The notes beneath the pieces are model-generated. The model saw only the letters and a list, made by a program, of their open reading frames with translations, ran no database searches and was not told the DNA's origin. A program made the position numbers and the translations under genes. From NCBI GenBank assembly GCA_000708835.1, contig DF237196.1, forward strand, positions 1-64,000: DNA of 64,000 nt, in the 5' to 3' direction. How positions within the stretch are numbered: position 1 is the stretch's first letter; the number at the start of each line of letters is the position of its first letter. Below, one piece after another: positions 34,085 through 47,737 of this stretch. This stretch comes from Klebsormidium nitens (lineage: Eukaryota > Plantae > Klebsormidiophyceae).

Positions 34085-35913
34085 GTTTAGACGGCGGAGG
34101 TGCGCGTGCAGAACTCTCCGCCTTAACTTTCAGCAGGTTTCACGCTTTCTTAAAGGCGAAGGTGCTGTAGTACCTACTACCAGTGCTTTGAGGTTGCAAC
34201 TTGTGTTCCACCTTCTTGCTACTGGTAGTACCGATCTACGAAGATGCCAGTGCGGGCAATTGTAGGCCCTCATGCAGAGGGATCCACCAACGACCTCGAG
34301 CCTGAGCTTCTCCACGTGGCTCTGTACATAGTAATATCAGAGTTCGTGGATTATTGTGAGGCCTCGCCGTCCGTGCGATGAACGAGGATTGCTTGTGTGC
34401 GGTCCGATCGAAGACGCTATCCATCTGACGGACATCGTGGGCGTCCAAGACATCGCACGGACATCCGTCGCACAATTTAACGCCAAGGTTGACCATCCGA
34501 TGCTATATATGCCAGTTGGCAAAACGCAAGCCGTTCGATCAACCAAGTGCGTCAGCCTGAGCGTGCATATTGGCAACTTTCACCAAGATACGGGAGTCCC
34601 GGGCACCTCAACTGAAAACCTAACCTAAACAATGACCCGCTCCGCACCCGTGCCCACCCTAACCCCCAAACTAAGCCCACCCGTCCCCCGGGTGCCTATC
34701 TTTGTGAAAGCTACGTCGTAAAGCTAGAGTTGCCAGAGTTGAGTGTGCTACCTATTAGAGGCGCCTCGGGAGACGGGTAGCTGCGTGACTCGTGTGGGTT
34801 TGGGTATGGAGTGCAGCAATTTCTGGTTCAGGGATTCAGTTAGAGGACCCAGGAGAGAGCCGGGTGACTCCTGGGTTTTGCTTCACCCGCCCACTGAACG
34901 CAAAAGTTGCGACCATCATCTGATAATCTGAGGTGCGTCAACATGTAGCTGACTGATAGCCTGAATGATAGCCTGGCTGCCAAACTTCGGATCGGATCAG
35001 GACGCGTTCAGCTTTGAAGAATCTTCTATACTTCGACGCGGCTGCCAGGCGGCTGCCAGTTCTGAGCCTTTAAACTAGGCTCAGTGAGCTTTCAGGCCCG
35101 GGCCTTGGCAGAATTTAGCTCCTTCACTGAACCGTTGCAGACGGGAGGTTGACATGATCTTTGGCTGGCTAGTCGGATCAGCATCATATGTCGGGTGGAC
35201 TGATTGGAGCAGGCCCGGCCATATGTATGAATGTACTGTACCACCCGCCCCGGGCCTTCTTATCAGACCGGGTGAGCTTCTTGTCCATCTATAAAAGGCT
35301 GCGTAGGGTACCGGGTGGTTGCTCAGAGTTTCCCTCGGCAGGGTAATCCTCTAGGGTAATCACTCTTCCACTCTGGCCATTGTGCCCTCCCAATCCGATA
35401 ACCTTGACCGTCAATCTCAACCGTCAAAAACGGTGCCCCAAAATGGTGTCTGCCGCTCCTTATCTATAACAGTGACACCCATATTATGGTACGTACACGG
35501 AAGCTTGCGTATGCCAAGCTAGAGCATGCATGCACGCACCGGTCTGCCACGACGCGGTGATCATTAGATCGACTCCCTCGCGGCGCCAAAACAACACCAC
35601 GGCTGCACGGCCACCTTGCCTAATCTAGATCAGTGGTAATATCTGCACGTGGCACATGCATGTGGCACTGAACAACGGATATGATCTTTGAACGAATGAG
35701 GTTTCTAATTCTCACTGTCAACTTGAACATGAATTGAGTGGGGAAGCTCAGCCTTTCTATATCTAATCATGCGACCCAGCCAGTGGCTTTGAGACTGGAT
35801 TTGAGAACACCATGCAATTGCCTGAGCATTATCGCAGCGCTCCGAGGGGTTTCAAGATGATGTAAACATGCATCTGACCTAGCATGCAAACATCGGAATA
35901 CCAGCTCCGAGTG

Positions 35914-38900
35914 TCAACAGATGTGCTCGAGTACGGCTGGCTCGATATCATCGTTAGTGAAGCATCCCAAGCTTGACCATTGTTGCAGTACTTTCTGCAA
36001 ACGGTGCCACTTCGAACGAATGTTAGCCTCCCACATTTGCATTGCCTCCCGACCTCTCATTCGCAGAAGGCTTGCAATCTCCAAGTTCTTCGTGGGAGGC
36101 CTGTCCTTGCACGGACAACCTTCGTCAACAACGGACTTCATGTTCAAGGCCGTCGTCTTTCCGTCTTGAAGGGGCGCAGCAGTTGGCGAAGGGGTTTCGC
36201 CAACGCACTCAACGAAATGGTACAGCACCTGCGACAAACGACGAGACTCATCGATCAAGGGCGCACCTGTCTTCTGCGAAGAGCGAAAGTGATGAGTCGT
36301 TCGACGAGCAGGTAAATCTCGGCAACTTCCAGCGAATGTGAAATCGCGTTGAAGGTTGTCGTTAGTCTGACGGGCTGCAAGGTCTCTCGTCGTAGAATGA
36401 CTGTAAGCAAGACGCATCTGCGGGCTACGTACACCTCGCATGATCTTTTCCCTGTTTGTGAAGAACCAAGTTTTCAAATACTCAAAGCGCCAAGAAGTCG
36501 AAGAGGCGATGCAAACGAAGCAGTCAACTCTGAAGGAGATGTAATTGAGACACTAGCCCATGCAAGTCCACGAAGTATGTTCACAAGTATGCACATGACA
36601 GAACCGAAATTGACCTTCTCAAGGCCCTTTTGCATCGAAGCTACGCATGACGAGATCTGAGATTTAACTTGAAATCCGCTTGCTCTACTCTTTCAGCTTG
36701 TCGTGAGAGTCTACAAGCCAAAACCCAATGACCCACCTGCAAAGCGTGCATCTTGCTTCGGAACTCGGTCTCGAACACTGTTCCATCCAACCAATGCAGC
36801 CGCACACTCCCGTCTGCCGCTTCGGAAGGCCGGTAGCCAGACCGCCGGGGGGATCCATTTCCGACCACCGAATTTTCCGCCGTCTTGACATCGGGGGCGT
36901 TCCCTGCGTCCCATGAGACCCCAGCCGCCACCGGTGCTTCAGTTGCAAAGTTCCCTAGTGGTCGCCATTCCCCTGACTGAACGGCTTTTGGCCGCAAAAG
37001 TGCATCCGGCGACCCTTCGGCCCGCCCCAAGCCGTTTTCTAAAGCGAAGCGGAGCCCTAGTTCTCTAAAGCGCTCGCACCGCAGGTCTTTCTCCCCCTGG
37101 GCAGAAATCTGCACCCCGCCTCCCGACCCGTCCGGTTCGGACCCCCTCTCGAAAGCATGTCCGAGAGAAGTGTCGGCACCGCCAACCAATCGCGCTCGTT
37201 TCTTTCTCCCCCTCTCTGCGTCATCTGTGGGGGGAGAGCCCAGGCGGCTTCGCTTCACCAACGCGTTCCGCCCGGTTCTTTCCTTCTGCAGAACGGCATC
37301 CCTTCCGTTCTCGGCATCAGGATCTGTCCCCAAGACTCCCTCAGACTCTTTCGAAGCGTTGAAGTGCAAGTCCGTCGTACAAGACCACGCCTCAGGCTCG
37401 ACGAAGAACGTGTCGAAGGGGTCGATAGGGTAGGGAGCTGCCACTTTGAACGACCCCCCCGGAGCGGATGAGAGTGCTCGTTGCAGCGCGGATTGCAGCT
37501 GGGGTAGGAGGACCCCGTCTTTGGAGTGGTCGGGATCGGTCGTGAACCAGAGCGCGAGCGTGATTCTCTCTCCCCTGGTTATCGGGTCTACCGAGTGGGT
37601 GTTTTCCTCCCCGGACGAGTAGGCGACGACACGCTGAAAAAGAGAGTCAAGAAGAAGCTTAATCGCGAACGAGCAACTGCAAATGGCAGCAGGATTTTAG
37701 GATTCTCCAGGATTGGACGATTTTTGTGGGCTACGGCCTTTTTAATGAACGACAGTGTCGCCTATCAGAATCTCCAATACTTTGAAGGGGCCTTTGGAAA
37801 ATGCGGCTTAAGTGCCCCTTCAACGAGTGCAGCTTCACTTGTTTCCGGTACAAATGACAACGGTGATCCTGACGGGGCCAGACACGTGAAGTTGTCGGAA
37901 ACGCGTCCCTTGCCACGTGCCACTCTTTGCGCTTCACAAGCGGCAGCCGAATCGCATCGGCTCCGTCTAAGAGGTCGTTCTTATGCTTCGATAATATATC
38001 AAGACCTTGAATTAATCTAGCCGCAACAAGCTGAGCCGATGCTTTCCTCAGAAAGGCTTCTAGAACTTTATTCTAGGACGTAGGTGGACAATCACTCTGG
38101 ATATTCTAGAGGACAATAAGCGACTCCTCGTCTGAAAGGGAAGGCGACCTTTTCAAGCTTCCACTTCAATGCTTGGCAACTCACCCCTGGGAGAGGAACC
38201 ACAGAGTCTGGTTGGCCGTCTCGAAAGCGGAACGTCCCACCCGCGAAGTCTGTGCCCTGATCGTTCAAGTAGCAGACTGCCTGACAAAGGGCGGGTGAGC
38301 TCGTGTCAGTCACGAGGCTTGTTTGAGATATGACTTGCAAATCACACACCACTTACTCCGAAAGCGAAGTCTCTCGCTGAAGCGACCGTTGATCAAAGAG
38401 GAGTTGAGAAAAGGAGCTTTACAACTTGATATAGTACGGCCGAGGGCCCATTCGCTGCGCGCAACAATTGCATTGCTTGATGAATCTACTCTTCGTCGTC
38501 CTTGGCACGTTCCTTTGGCCTGAAGACTGCCTTCCTGTATCATCTTCCTTACATCCTGTTCAAGAAAGACACAACACTCCTAGTTGCCCTGTGCGTGGCT
38601 GCAAGCTGTCCAACTTCTTTCTCTTGGCCTTCAAATGTGCCACACCTAGTCTCCCAAACCGATCACAACAATCTCATGAAGACGCAGAACCCTCACCGAG
38701 TAGTGCCGTTGCCGAAGGTACTCCCGGTTACTGTCATGGTGCCACCCAATGCTAGCCCCGGTCTTCCAGCTGCAAACCAAGAATACGATTTTCAATTTCT
38801 TCAAGTCAGTCCGCTCATCAAACACTAACGAGCTTGGCTTCATTTGCCAGAGGAGTCAACTTTTACACTCCTTCAATTGAGGCAGGTGGAGGGGTGACCA

Positions 38901-40151
38901 AAGAAACATGTGTCAGATATTGTTGAGGCTTCAAAGTTTCTCAGGCCGAAACCAGTTCGCGATTTGGGGGAAAGCTCCCCAAAGAGTTGACTTCATGAAG
39001 AGTTGTGACGGTTTCACCTTATGAGACCCACGAACTCTGTGAACAGCTCACACTCCTTCCCAAAGCGGCCCTCCACTAGTTGCTGAACCCGAGCTGAAGA
39101 TAAAGGCAGGATATAATGTCAGCTCGGATGAGATCAGATACATCAGAATTTCTGTGTTTTGACAGGTTGGAAAGGAAACAAGTTTTTTACTCCTCCAAAT
39201 AGGCGTTCAACCCGTTTACTCCCATCAAGTTGGATTGGCAACTTGGTTTCCCAGAGTTTGCAGTTGGGTTCAATGCAATCAGAATTTCCCGGTCAATCCT
39301 GAAGAAGATGCAGTCAAAGAAACAAGCAGGTTAGAGCCCTTCGATTAGGCGCAAGACCATGCAAGAAAAATCGGCTCCCAACTAAATTACACAAAGCATG
39401 CCCATAAAAAGTGTCCCGCAAGAAGACACTCGACCTACTAGCATCTTGGTGACCAGATGAGGATCTTACGAACTCAAAAGATTGCACAACAAGAAGATAA
39501 TGTATTGCACGGTTGTCACACCTCAAATCCTCAACCTGCTTGGATTCACAAGGGGAGCTCCTCAGGGACTTGGAAACAAGCCAGGCAAAATAACAAGCTG
39601 GCGCTAAACTACCATCTGATGCCAGTCATCACCATGTTGATGAAAATAACAACAAAAGGCTCAATGGGGCAAACATTCTTGAGCTGCTTACCAGCTGCGT
39701 TCAAGAGGGGCAGAACCAGCGGGGCACTGTTGCTTGCAATCAGGTCCTGGGGTGTGCACGAGATGACGTGTGGGCGATAGCCGATCACCCCACAGCTCTT
39801 GAGGATGAAGATCAGTTCCTGCATACAGTGAAGCAATCATGCGTTCTTTTCCTTTGATAGATGCTGCTTGCAGTACCAGCCAGAGCTGCAACCGAGTTGC
39901 GCCAGGTCAGCATGATAGCCTCACTTGCCCTTCTGGCAGCATTTTGTGTTTTTCTTTCTGAAATACACACCAAGAAGAATGAAAGATGCCAGTGTGCCGT
40001 TCTTCGAGCTGGCATGAAGAGGCACAACGCCAATGCGGCTGGCACAGCCGTCAGATACCCCAAGTCAATTGTGGTGTGGTTGACCCGTGGTTGAGCAGCA
40101 CACCTGACATTCAGCTGGGCTCAAGACGTCCTCGAATACTGCCCGCTGCAT
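35914..40151 (-). CDS. 2-oxoglutarate/Fe(II)-dependent oxygenase (prolyl-hydroxylase-like, plant At1g68080-type)
   Basis: Exons 40104-40151, 39692-39818, 39018-39093, 38697-38769, 38185-38280, 36737-37633 and 35914-36228 join in phase. Motifs SWKTGASIGWHHD (HxD), VCYLND...FAGG, ENTH (distal H) and GERITLALWF. Confidence 0.9.
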
Positions 40152-40552
40152 TTGTCCCTTCAGCTGCTGGCGCCTTCCTGATCAACGTTTGGAGGCTAGA
40201 TTGCTGACACAGAGGAGCTGGCAGCTGCTGGCAGCTCCACATGCAAACCGAACGACACGGTAACCACTTCAGAATCAGGTCTTGACCACTTTGCAGGAGG
40301 AGAGAGTTGGCTGTCTGAGTCGACTGAATAATCCTTCTATCGAGCCGCTTTCTACACCTTCTCGGGAGGAAGAAGATCTTTGTTCTAATTTTGAAAATGA
40401 AATTTTCCAAAGTTCAACAATCCTGATTGTTGGAGCTGGATTGCTAGCTTGCCCTAGTACTACTGTAGTAGCGCCTTTTTGAGCGACCCTGCCGCCTGAA
40501 ATCGGCAACGAAAGCAGAGCTCTGTGTTTCAAAGGGCAACCCAGTCAAACGA

Positions 40553-42464
40553 ATGCCTGGTCTGAGAGCAGCTGCATTGGCACAGTCTGCCTCCGCCGTG
40601 CGGTATCTGTCAGCAGGAAGGCAGCATTTGGCAACACCTTCCAACGTGTTTGCAGGAGGTTCGCTGCACTACATTTGCCACCACTCTGCGATCAAACCCA
40701 CCGCTCCCAAGCAGGAGAAACCAGCTGAGCTCCTGCTGAAACCCCTTCATCAAAGATTCCCCCTGCAAGGGCCTTGGCCAGCAGCTCTGTGCAGACAACA
40801 ACTAGACCATAGTTCACAGATTACAATCACCAGAAGGACTTATCAAATGGCTGCAGATGCTAGCAACTCGGCAGCTAGCACATCGACCGGAGAGGCTGAT
40901 GAGATCTGCTTTGGTCCCTACAAGATCAGGGCCAGCGAGCAGGTGTTCTTTGAGTCCAAGCTGTCCTGCGCGCTCGTGAATTTGAAGCCAATTGTACCAG
41001 GTACACTTTCCAGCCTGCCAAGTTTTTAGAGAGCTACCAGATGAAGTGTATTGTATGGAATGTGAAGTTGGCAGGCTCAGATCTTCTCACAGACAAGGTG
41101 TCTAAGGTGTTTGTTGGAGTTGCCTACGAAGCTTTGTGAAGTTTTGCCCTGCCCTGCCTTCAATGCTGTTGCCTGTTGCCTCAGACCATACATGACATTG
41201 CTCGACCAATTATTGTTCTTTTGCAGGCCATGTTCTGATCATCCCCAAGCAGGTAGTAAGGAGATTTGCGGATCTGACCAGCGAGCAGGTCGCAGATCTG
41301 TGGCTGACGGCTCAGAAAGTTGGCAACCAGTTGGAGAAGTTCTTCAAAGCATCATCGCTGACCTATGCGATCCAGGCAAGCACCTGGATTGCATAAGTCA
41401 TCCAAGGGGAAGGTTCGATGTGCAGTATAGTAAGGGTCTTGGCCCTGCGATGAAAAATGCAGGTCAGAAAGCAAGACCATCCATAGAGACTTCCAAGCAC
41501 CATACAAATCTAGGAGTGCTCATCAAAGCTTCCACAAAGGATCGAGCACAGACGTGGCGGTGCCAATGGTTGATATCTGCATGCTTGCCGTCACTCATTT
41601 ACTGATCAAAGCACAGTTTGTGGAGCGCTTTTGAAATAATAAGTCCAAGGAGAGTAAAAGAAGTGGCCCGGGATGCGTCTGGCAAAATGAAGCTTTGCAG
41701 ATTCTTAGACGCTCTGGCGGACCCTGCAATAAATTTTTCTAAATATCACGGCACTCCTTGCAGTAAAGGTGTCTGCCACGGCTTACAATTGGAAGGAGCT
41801 TCGTCGGTACGAATCTCTACAGACCTTGGAATGACCCTGTCTAGTTCGTCCATGCAGGACGGTCCACAAGCCGGCCAGACTGTCCCGCACGTCCACATAC
41901 ACGTCCTTCCGCGGAAGGAGGGCGACTTCGAAAATAACGACGAGATCTACAACGAAGTAAGTCTACATGCTTAGCTCGTCTACTGGGCGGTGCCTTGATT
42001 TGACCTTTCTGCATGGGAAACAGATGTCCAGCCAATGGAGTGGAATCACACACGGCTAACTTCAGTAGTGTGATCATTTTCAAAGCCTCTGTATCTGGTG
42101 CCAAAGAGCGATCGCAAGCTGGTTGCCTCGATCAGTCTTCCATAGAAGCGGCTCAGTAACGGTCTTACAGGGATATGCCGCAGACTGCAGCGATCACCTT
42201 TCCAACTGTGATTAGATTTTTTTTTACACGCTCCGCCAAATTTAATGTCCTCAACAGCCTGTGAACGAGGTATATTATCGTGCTCGAGGAGTTTTCGAGA
42301 GGAAAGGACTATCTATTTGAGTTCCGCCATCCATTCGACACGTGCAGATTGACAAAGGCGAGAAGGGCCTCTCTGACAAGTTGCGAGTGGACTCCGAACG
42401 GAGACCACGTTCCTCAGATGAGATGGCAAAAGAAGCATCTGTGTTGAGGTCTCTCTTCAATTGA
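40553..42464 (+). CDS. FHIT: Bis(5'-adenosyl)-triphosphatase (FHIT, HIT family); in-frame N-terminal extension may be a transit peptide (alternative ATG 40847)
   Basis: Exons 40553-41000, 41227-41375, 41858-41956 and 42348-42464. Motifs [11 protein letters not shown]|[26 protein letters not shown] (histidine triad) and [13 protein letters not shown]. Intron 2 needs a GC donor. Confidence 0.93.
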
Positions 42465-43258
42465 AAGTACTCAATTATAAGTGCACCCGGCGGATAAAGT
42501 TATCGATCAGATAAATATTGGGGCTTATATCAAACACTCGTTACTGGCTTAACGCTTATGATCCTTCAATGTTATCCTGCCCTTGATCATGTTTGTGGAA
42601 ATTCGTAGCATGTGAAGTTAGACATCGGAGCGATCATGCGAAATTTGAGAGCGGTTGTAGATTCAAGCTCCTGCCAAAGGCACATGCATGCATGTGCCCA
42701 GTCATCGTACAGAGGTGTAGACTAGACTGTCTTCTGTGAGTAGTTTTGGCGCACCGCCGGGGCGGACCGCGCGCGCTCAATCTTAGTCACAAGCACTTAG
42801 GCAATTCTACGCTCCTGATCGGAATGCATGGGCAACTTGTACATTGTGGCTCTTCACATCATGCCGGGCCATCATTCGTTGATGCACTAGCTTAATTGCG
42901 TGACATGTTAAGCAAAATATAGTCGTTTATAGATTAATCCTCCAAGTTGCTATAAGTACCGACTCTTTTCGACTATACGTCGTGCAGCCGATCTGCGACG
43001 TACCGTGCTTATGACTGAAGTGTACGTGCAAATATGAATAGAGAACATGGCCGGCGCGCCCGGCAGCCTGCAATATGTCGAATCTTACCTTATCCGTATC
43101 ATGGACCGTGCGTGCAACACACAAGGCACCGGCGTAAGAGGACTCGAAGTTGCGTATGATATATTGAGTTCGCTCGCCCGTCAGTACGTCACTCGGAATC
43201 TACGATGTATTACTTGGCGCAACACTTTGGATCGCAGCCTTCTAAAGAAAAGCAGGGC

Positions 43259-46200
43259 TCATCGCAGCTGTTTTCGGTGCCAATTCACAACATCCCGATA
43301 CGGCAAATCGCCGCCAAAAATATCTAGAGCGCTTCCGACCGTTATGTCGACCCGACCCTTCCCAGCCGCCTTCACGACTTCGAGGTCTGCGAGGCTGCGC
43401 GCGCCGCCAGCATACGTCACGGGTATCTGTCGAAGGAAAATGAATGCTTGAGACGATGCGGGAGAAGGTGCGGGCACTTCACAAGTTCTGCTGTCGTGTC
43501 CACAGAGACGGGTTAATCCCGGTTCTCTCACGAACCTCGCCCTCGGAAGCAGAAGTGAAGCGTTGCTAAAGCAATTCCCAGAAATGCTTTTCGCGATTTT
43601 TTAGCATATTATCGAGGCGCAGCCGCTATAGTCCAATCTGAAAAACAATCCTCTTCTACATGGGCCAGCCTGTGACATTCATGCGTGTCGAAACCTCCAA
43701 ACGACTCCGAACATCGGCAGTAGCCTGAAAGAGCCAATTCCAGGAATCTGGCCATTCGGCTGGTCCTGAAACGAATAAGCTCACCGGCGAGAGCTCCCCA
43801 AGCAGCGACACCAGTTCCTCGTCGATGCCAAGCCTGCGCAGCAAAAAGGGACACGTCAGAAAAAAGAGACCTCTCATTCCTACGCGACAATGCTGTAGAA
43901 ATTTTCTCTCAGAATCGAATTGAATGAAAAATTGCTAGAAGCAAACCTTCCAGTTCCACAGGTCGAGAACGCGGATCGCATACGAAGAACAGCCGTCCTC
44001 AGAGGGAGAGCCACTGGAAACGACCACATTCTTCTGAGCGGGCAAAAGTACGACGGACCTCCGCTTCGTATGGGCTTCCACCCACTGTAATTTCGGTGCT
44101 GACAGATCCGATGTGGCAGAAATAGCGGGTATGTCGAAAACAGCTCCAGCAACAGGCACGCCTGGCGCTTTTTGGCCACCCAAAGACGGGCCGACGGTCG
44201 CGATCGGCACGCCCGTCAACCAACGCCTCAAATAAGCTCTTCAATTAACCGCTCAGGTCGCATTGCCAGCCGTAAACGGCTTGGATGCGGCCACGCACCT
44301 TGTGCCCTCGACGTCCACCCGTGTGCCAGTGATTCTCAGCACTCTCTCACAATCGACGGCTGAGATCGAAACGTTGCCAGGGATAGACGGCTGACCTCAT
44401 ATGCCCGAGTCGTTCCCTCTCTAAACCAGAAATCCTCACCTTTTTGTGACGTAACAATCAACGGCTGAAAATCGCACAACTGCCAAGGATCGTCGGCTGA
44501 CCTGATGCCTTCGACGTCCCACCTGTGCACCGGAAACTCCCAAACGGTCCTGAAACTTGAACGGCTGATATTCCACTACTGCCACAGATCGACGGCTCAC
44601 CTCATGCCCTCGACGTCCACCCCGTGCACCAGGAACTCGTCCGCGGACTGCGCCAGCTCCGCAATCGACTGCGGCGTCAGCGCCAGGTCGCTGAAGCGCT
44701 GCCACCGGTCGGTCACCACGTGATACAAGCCGTCCTGCGTACGAACGGGAAGCAATCCAATCTCGGGCACCTTAACTTCGCACCCAAGATGTTGCACGGC
44801 CAGTCTGCAATTCATTAGGTGCGCACTTGTGAAAATCGACGATATACTTTCTCTCCGCCGTTGTGGTGGCTATCGAACACTCCGTCGAAAACAACATTTT
44901 CGGTGCGAATTGAAGGGGCCCGAGAATGAAAACTGTCCGTAAGGCGCGTTCGTTGCCAGAACCTCATCCCGAGATCCCTTTTCCTTTGCCTACCCTTCTC
45001 CTCCTGCTCGTCCTTTTCCTTTACCTCCTTTTCCAATTCGTATGACGGATTTACCTGCAAGAAAGAAATACAGGAAGGGGAACCTAGAGAACGGCGCCAG
45101 AAAGGCCAGGTACAGAACGGCACAGGAAGAGGAAAGTAGAGAACGGCGCTCTCACCTTTTTCCTACAGCTCAGGTCCAGCACCAGCCGTTGTCTCCCCAC
45201 GACTCGCAGCAGCTTTTGCAGCCGCTCTCGGTCGACCGTTCCGTCCCGGAAGACGTACTGCGAAGATCAGAGCGGAAAGGATCGAGGAAAGCGGTGGTCT
45301 TAAATGTGGAGGAGAGGGCTTTCCGGTTTCTCGACATTTCAAGCGGTCGTGGTTTGACATGGAAGCAGAAGCTCAGAGCAACGGTTTGCAAACAGGAGCA
45401 ACTGCGAAATACGAGCAGTGGAACGAAGTTCATCCAATACGAGCAGTGGAACGAAGTTCATCCAATACAGATCCTTTAAGTCGTCGATGGAAATAGAAAA
45501 GCAGAAGCTTCGTCCGCTGTCAACATCGTTTCCAATAATCTGCTAGAAAGTGGGATTGCAAGGCCTCACCGACGTCACGATGACGTGGCTGGCCCCTTCG
45601 TCCAGGTACGCAGCTGCGTTGTCGGGAGTGATGCCCCCGCCGACTTGCAACCCGCCGGGATAAGCTCGCACCGCATCGAGCGCCGCCCGTTGGCTCTCGG
45701 GGGTGGCACCTGTAGCGACATCAGCATCAATACCTGATCAATTCCTTTCACCCTGAACAATGGGAAACATAAGTTTGTCAACTTTGAGCATTAAGGTTCT
45801 TGAAGAACAAACAGGATCAATCAGGGTGAGCAGCAGTTGAATGAAGCAAGCCCTGAACCAGGCCGAACGCTCAATGATGGGGCTCATATAAGGAGGGAAG
45901 TCTACTCACAAGAGGTGACCAGCTCCTTGAGAAGAGAGGGTGCATCTACATACGTACTCCAAGACTAGGTCCTTGACTAGAAAATGTCACAAATTAATGA
46001 GCATTCCTCAGCTCCACCTTCTGTTGAAAGTTGAAAAGATATTCATAGGCCGCTGCCATGGTCCCTATTCAAGGCCGGCAAGTGTCGTAAAGCATCTTTT
46101 GATTCATGTAACCAGCTGAAGCTGAGGGTATTGTAAACTGCCCAGGCCTGCAATATGTGGGCCTCTCATCCGAGTGGAATGAGATTAGCCTTGCAGAAGT

Positions 46201-47427
46201 ATAGAGCCTTTTATGAGTACAATGACTTCGCCCAACTGTGTTACAAACTCGCCTACCTAGCATGATGACATGGCCCCCTGTCAGTTCATCCTCTCGATAC
46301 AGAGACGCAAACTCAGCGGCTGACTTCTCCGACTCGAAGTTGGTGACGGGCTCGGACGCGGACGAAGATGGGCCGTCCAGGTCCTTGAGAGTTGAGCCCA
46401 CAATTTGCTTTACTTTGCCCTGCAGCGAAGATGCTCAAAGTGGGTGTTGACAGCTTTCGAAACACCTTTTGGCCCGACAATTCCACGCAGAAAGTCGCCA
46501 CCGAAGCAAAGGACTTCTTGGAATGCATCACCATTAGGTGAACTGGCTGACAAACAGTGCCGTCCACAGAGATTATGGGTTTGAAAAGGGCGTGCGAGCG
46601 AGCCTCTGACACGAAATCTGAAGGTGGCCTTCAAGGGACCTCCTTACTTAGCTTCACATCATGGCTCACCAAGCTGCTGAAGCCACTTGGCGCTTGTGAT
46701 AAGGATTTGACACCGAGGCAACTCAGCTGAGATTACCGTAGAACCTGCTCAACAAATCAGGCGCACGAGCAGTACATGTTGGATGCTGATCTTCTCACTG
46801 GCCGCCTATACCCTCACCAACCTTTCTAATAGTAGCGATGCAGTCTGCTTACCTTATGAATGTCTATGCAGGGCCGAAACTGCACCGCCCGCTTTTCTGT
46901 CTTGCCCATGGTGGTAGCGGCATCTGGGGCAATGCATTTGGTAAGCTTTCAGTGTGTTTCTGTCAGTATTGAGAAACACGGAAGCAATCAAGAAAGTACT
47001 GCTTTCTAATTCTGTTTCTTTCTTCTCTGAGCACTGCCATAAAGATGAGGTCGTGAAAGAATTCGCAAAGCTATCATTTGCTATCTGACTGTAGCGGAAG
47101 TTGAGACTTACACACAAACAGGGCGAGATCAACATCCCGTGTCATAACAGTCTCAGGACAATGCACACAATGCAGCTCAACTGGAGTGATCGACGCACAA
47201 GCTTCAGCAGGGTGAAGCACACTCTGAGTTGCCTCGGGCTGTTTTTCAACTGCAGACTCACCTTCTTTCGTGACTGCATTGCGGATTCCACACGACGGCC
47301 ATAGGGGGCCCTGTTTAGGCTGCAAAGTGCGCGTTTGCCCATGTGCCTGGCTTGTATCCTGGGATCGAAACAGAAGGCTCAATTCTGAAAGAGAATGCAG
47401 AGCCGATCTAGCAGCTCCAAGCGCCAT
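43259..47427 (-). CDS. HISN3: BBM II isomerase (HisA/His6 eukaryotic type), probably plastid-targeted
   Basis: Exons 46853-≥46909 ([11 protein letters not shown]), 46257-46419 ([11 protein letters not shown]...GGHVIML), 45570-45709, 45156-45257, 44601-44734 ([11 protein letters not shown]), 43785-43833 and 43259-43426 (IPVTYAGG...GSALDIFGG) join in phase. The first exon at ~47110-47427 ([12 protein letters not shown]...) is less certain. Confidence 0.93.
44240..44640. repeat. Four ~100-bp tandem copies of the HISN3 exon-end/intron-start junction
   Basis: gatcgacggctcacctcatgccctcgacgtccaccccgtgcaccaggaactc (44587) recurs with divergence at 44487, 44381 and 44283. Confidence 0.85.
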
Positions 47428-47737
47428 TTCTTCTGGGGCCGCCCTCAGCCGCTCTTGTCAGTGCTCTTTTCTGCCTCCTCTTCAGTACTGGCTGACAAAA
47501 TTGCTGAATATTTGTAACGTCTGGAAAATGGCTGGGCCCTGAGAACATCATGCCGCTTCTTCCTCCGGCCGGCCCTTATTGGGGCCTTTATCCGCCAACT
47601 CTCGTGCCGTTACCAGCCGCTTTTACTACCACCACCATCAAGGATTCAACAATACTAGGACGACACAATCCGCCTTCGGCGGATTTAGCAGCTCGCCTCA
47701 TTATAGAAAACATTATAAAATAGAAAGGCTTCAATGA

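Noticed and set aside
42470-42680. Possible snRNA or other ncRNA between FHIT and HISN3
   Set aside because: No U1/U2/U6 signature or tRNA cloverleaf found. No tRNA or rRNA was recognised anywhere in the window.
45408-45468. Perfect 28-bp tandem duplication (and a 23-bp one near 28018-28066)
   Set aside because: Simple slippage duplications in non-coding DNA with no further structure.
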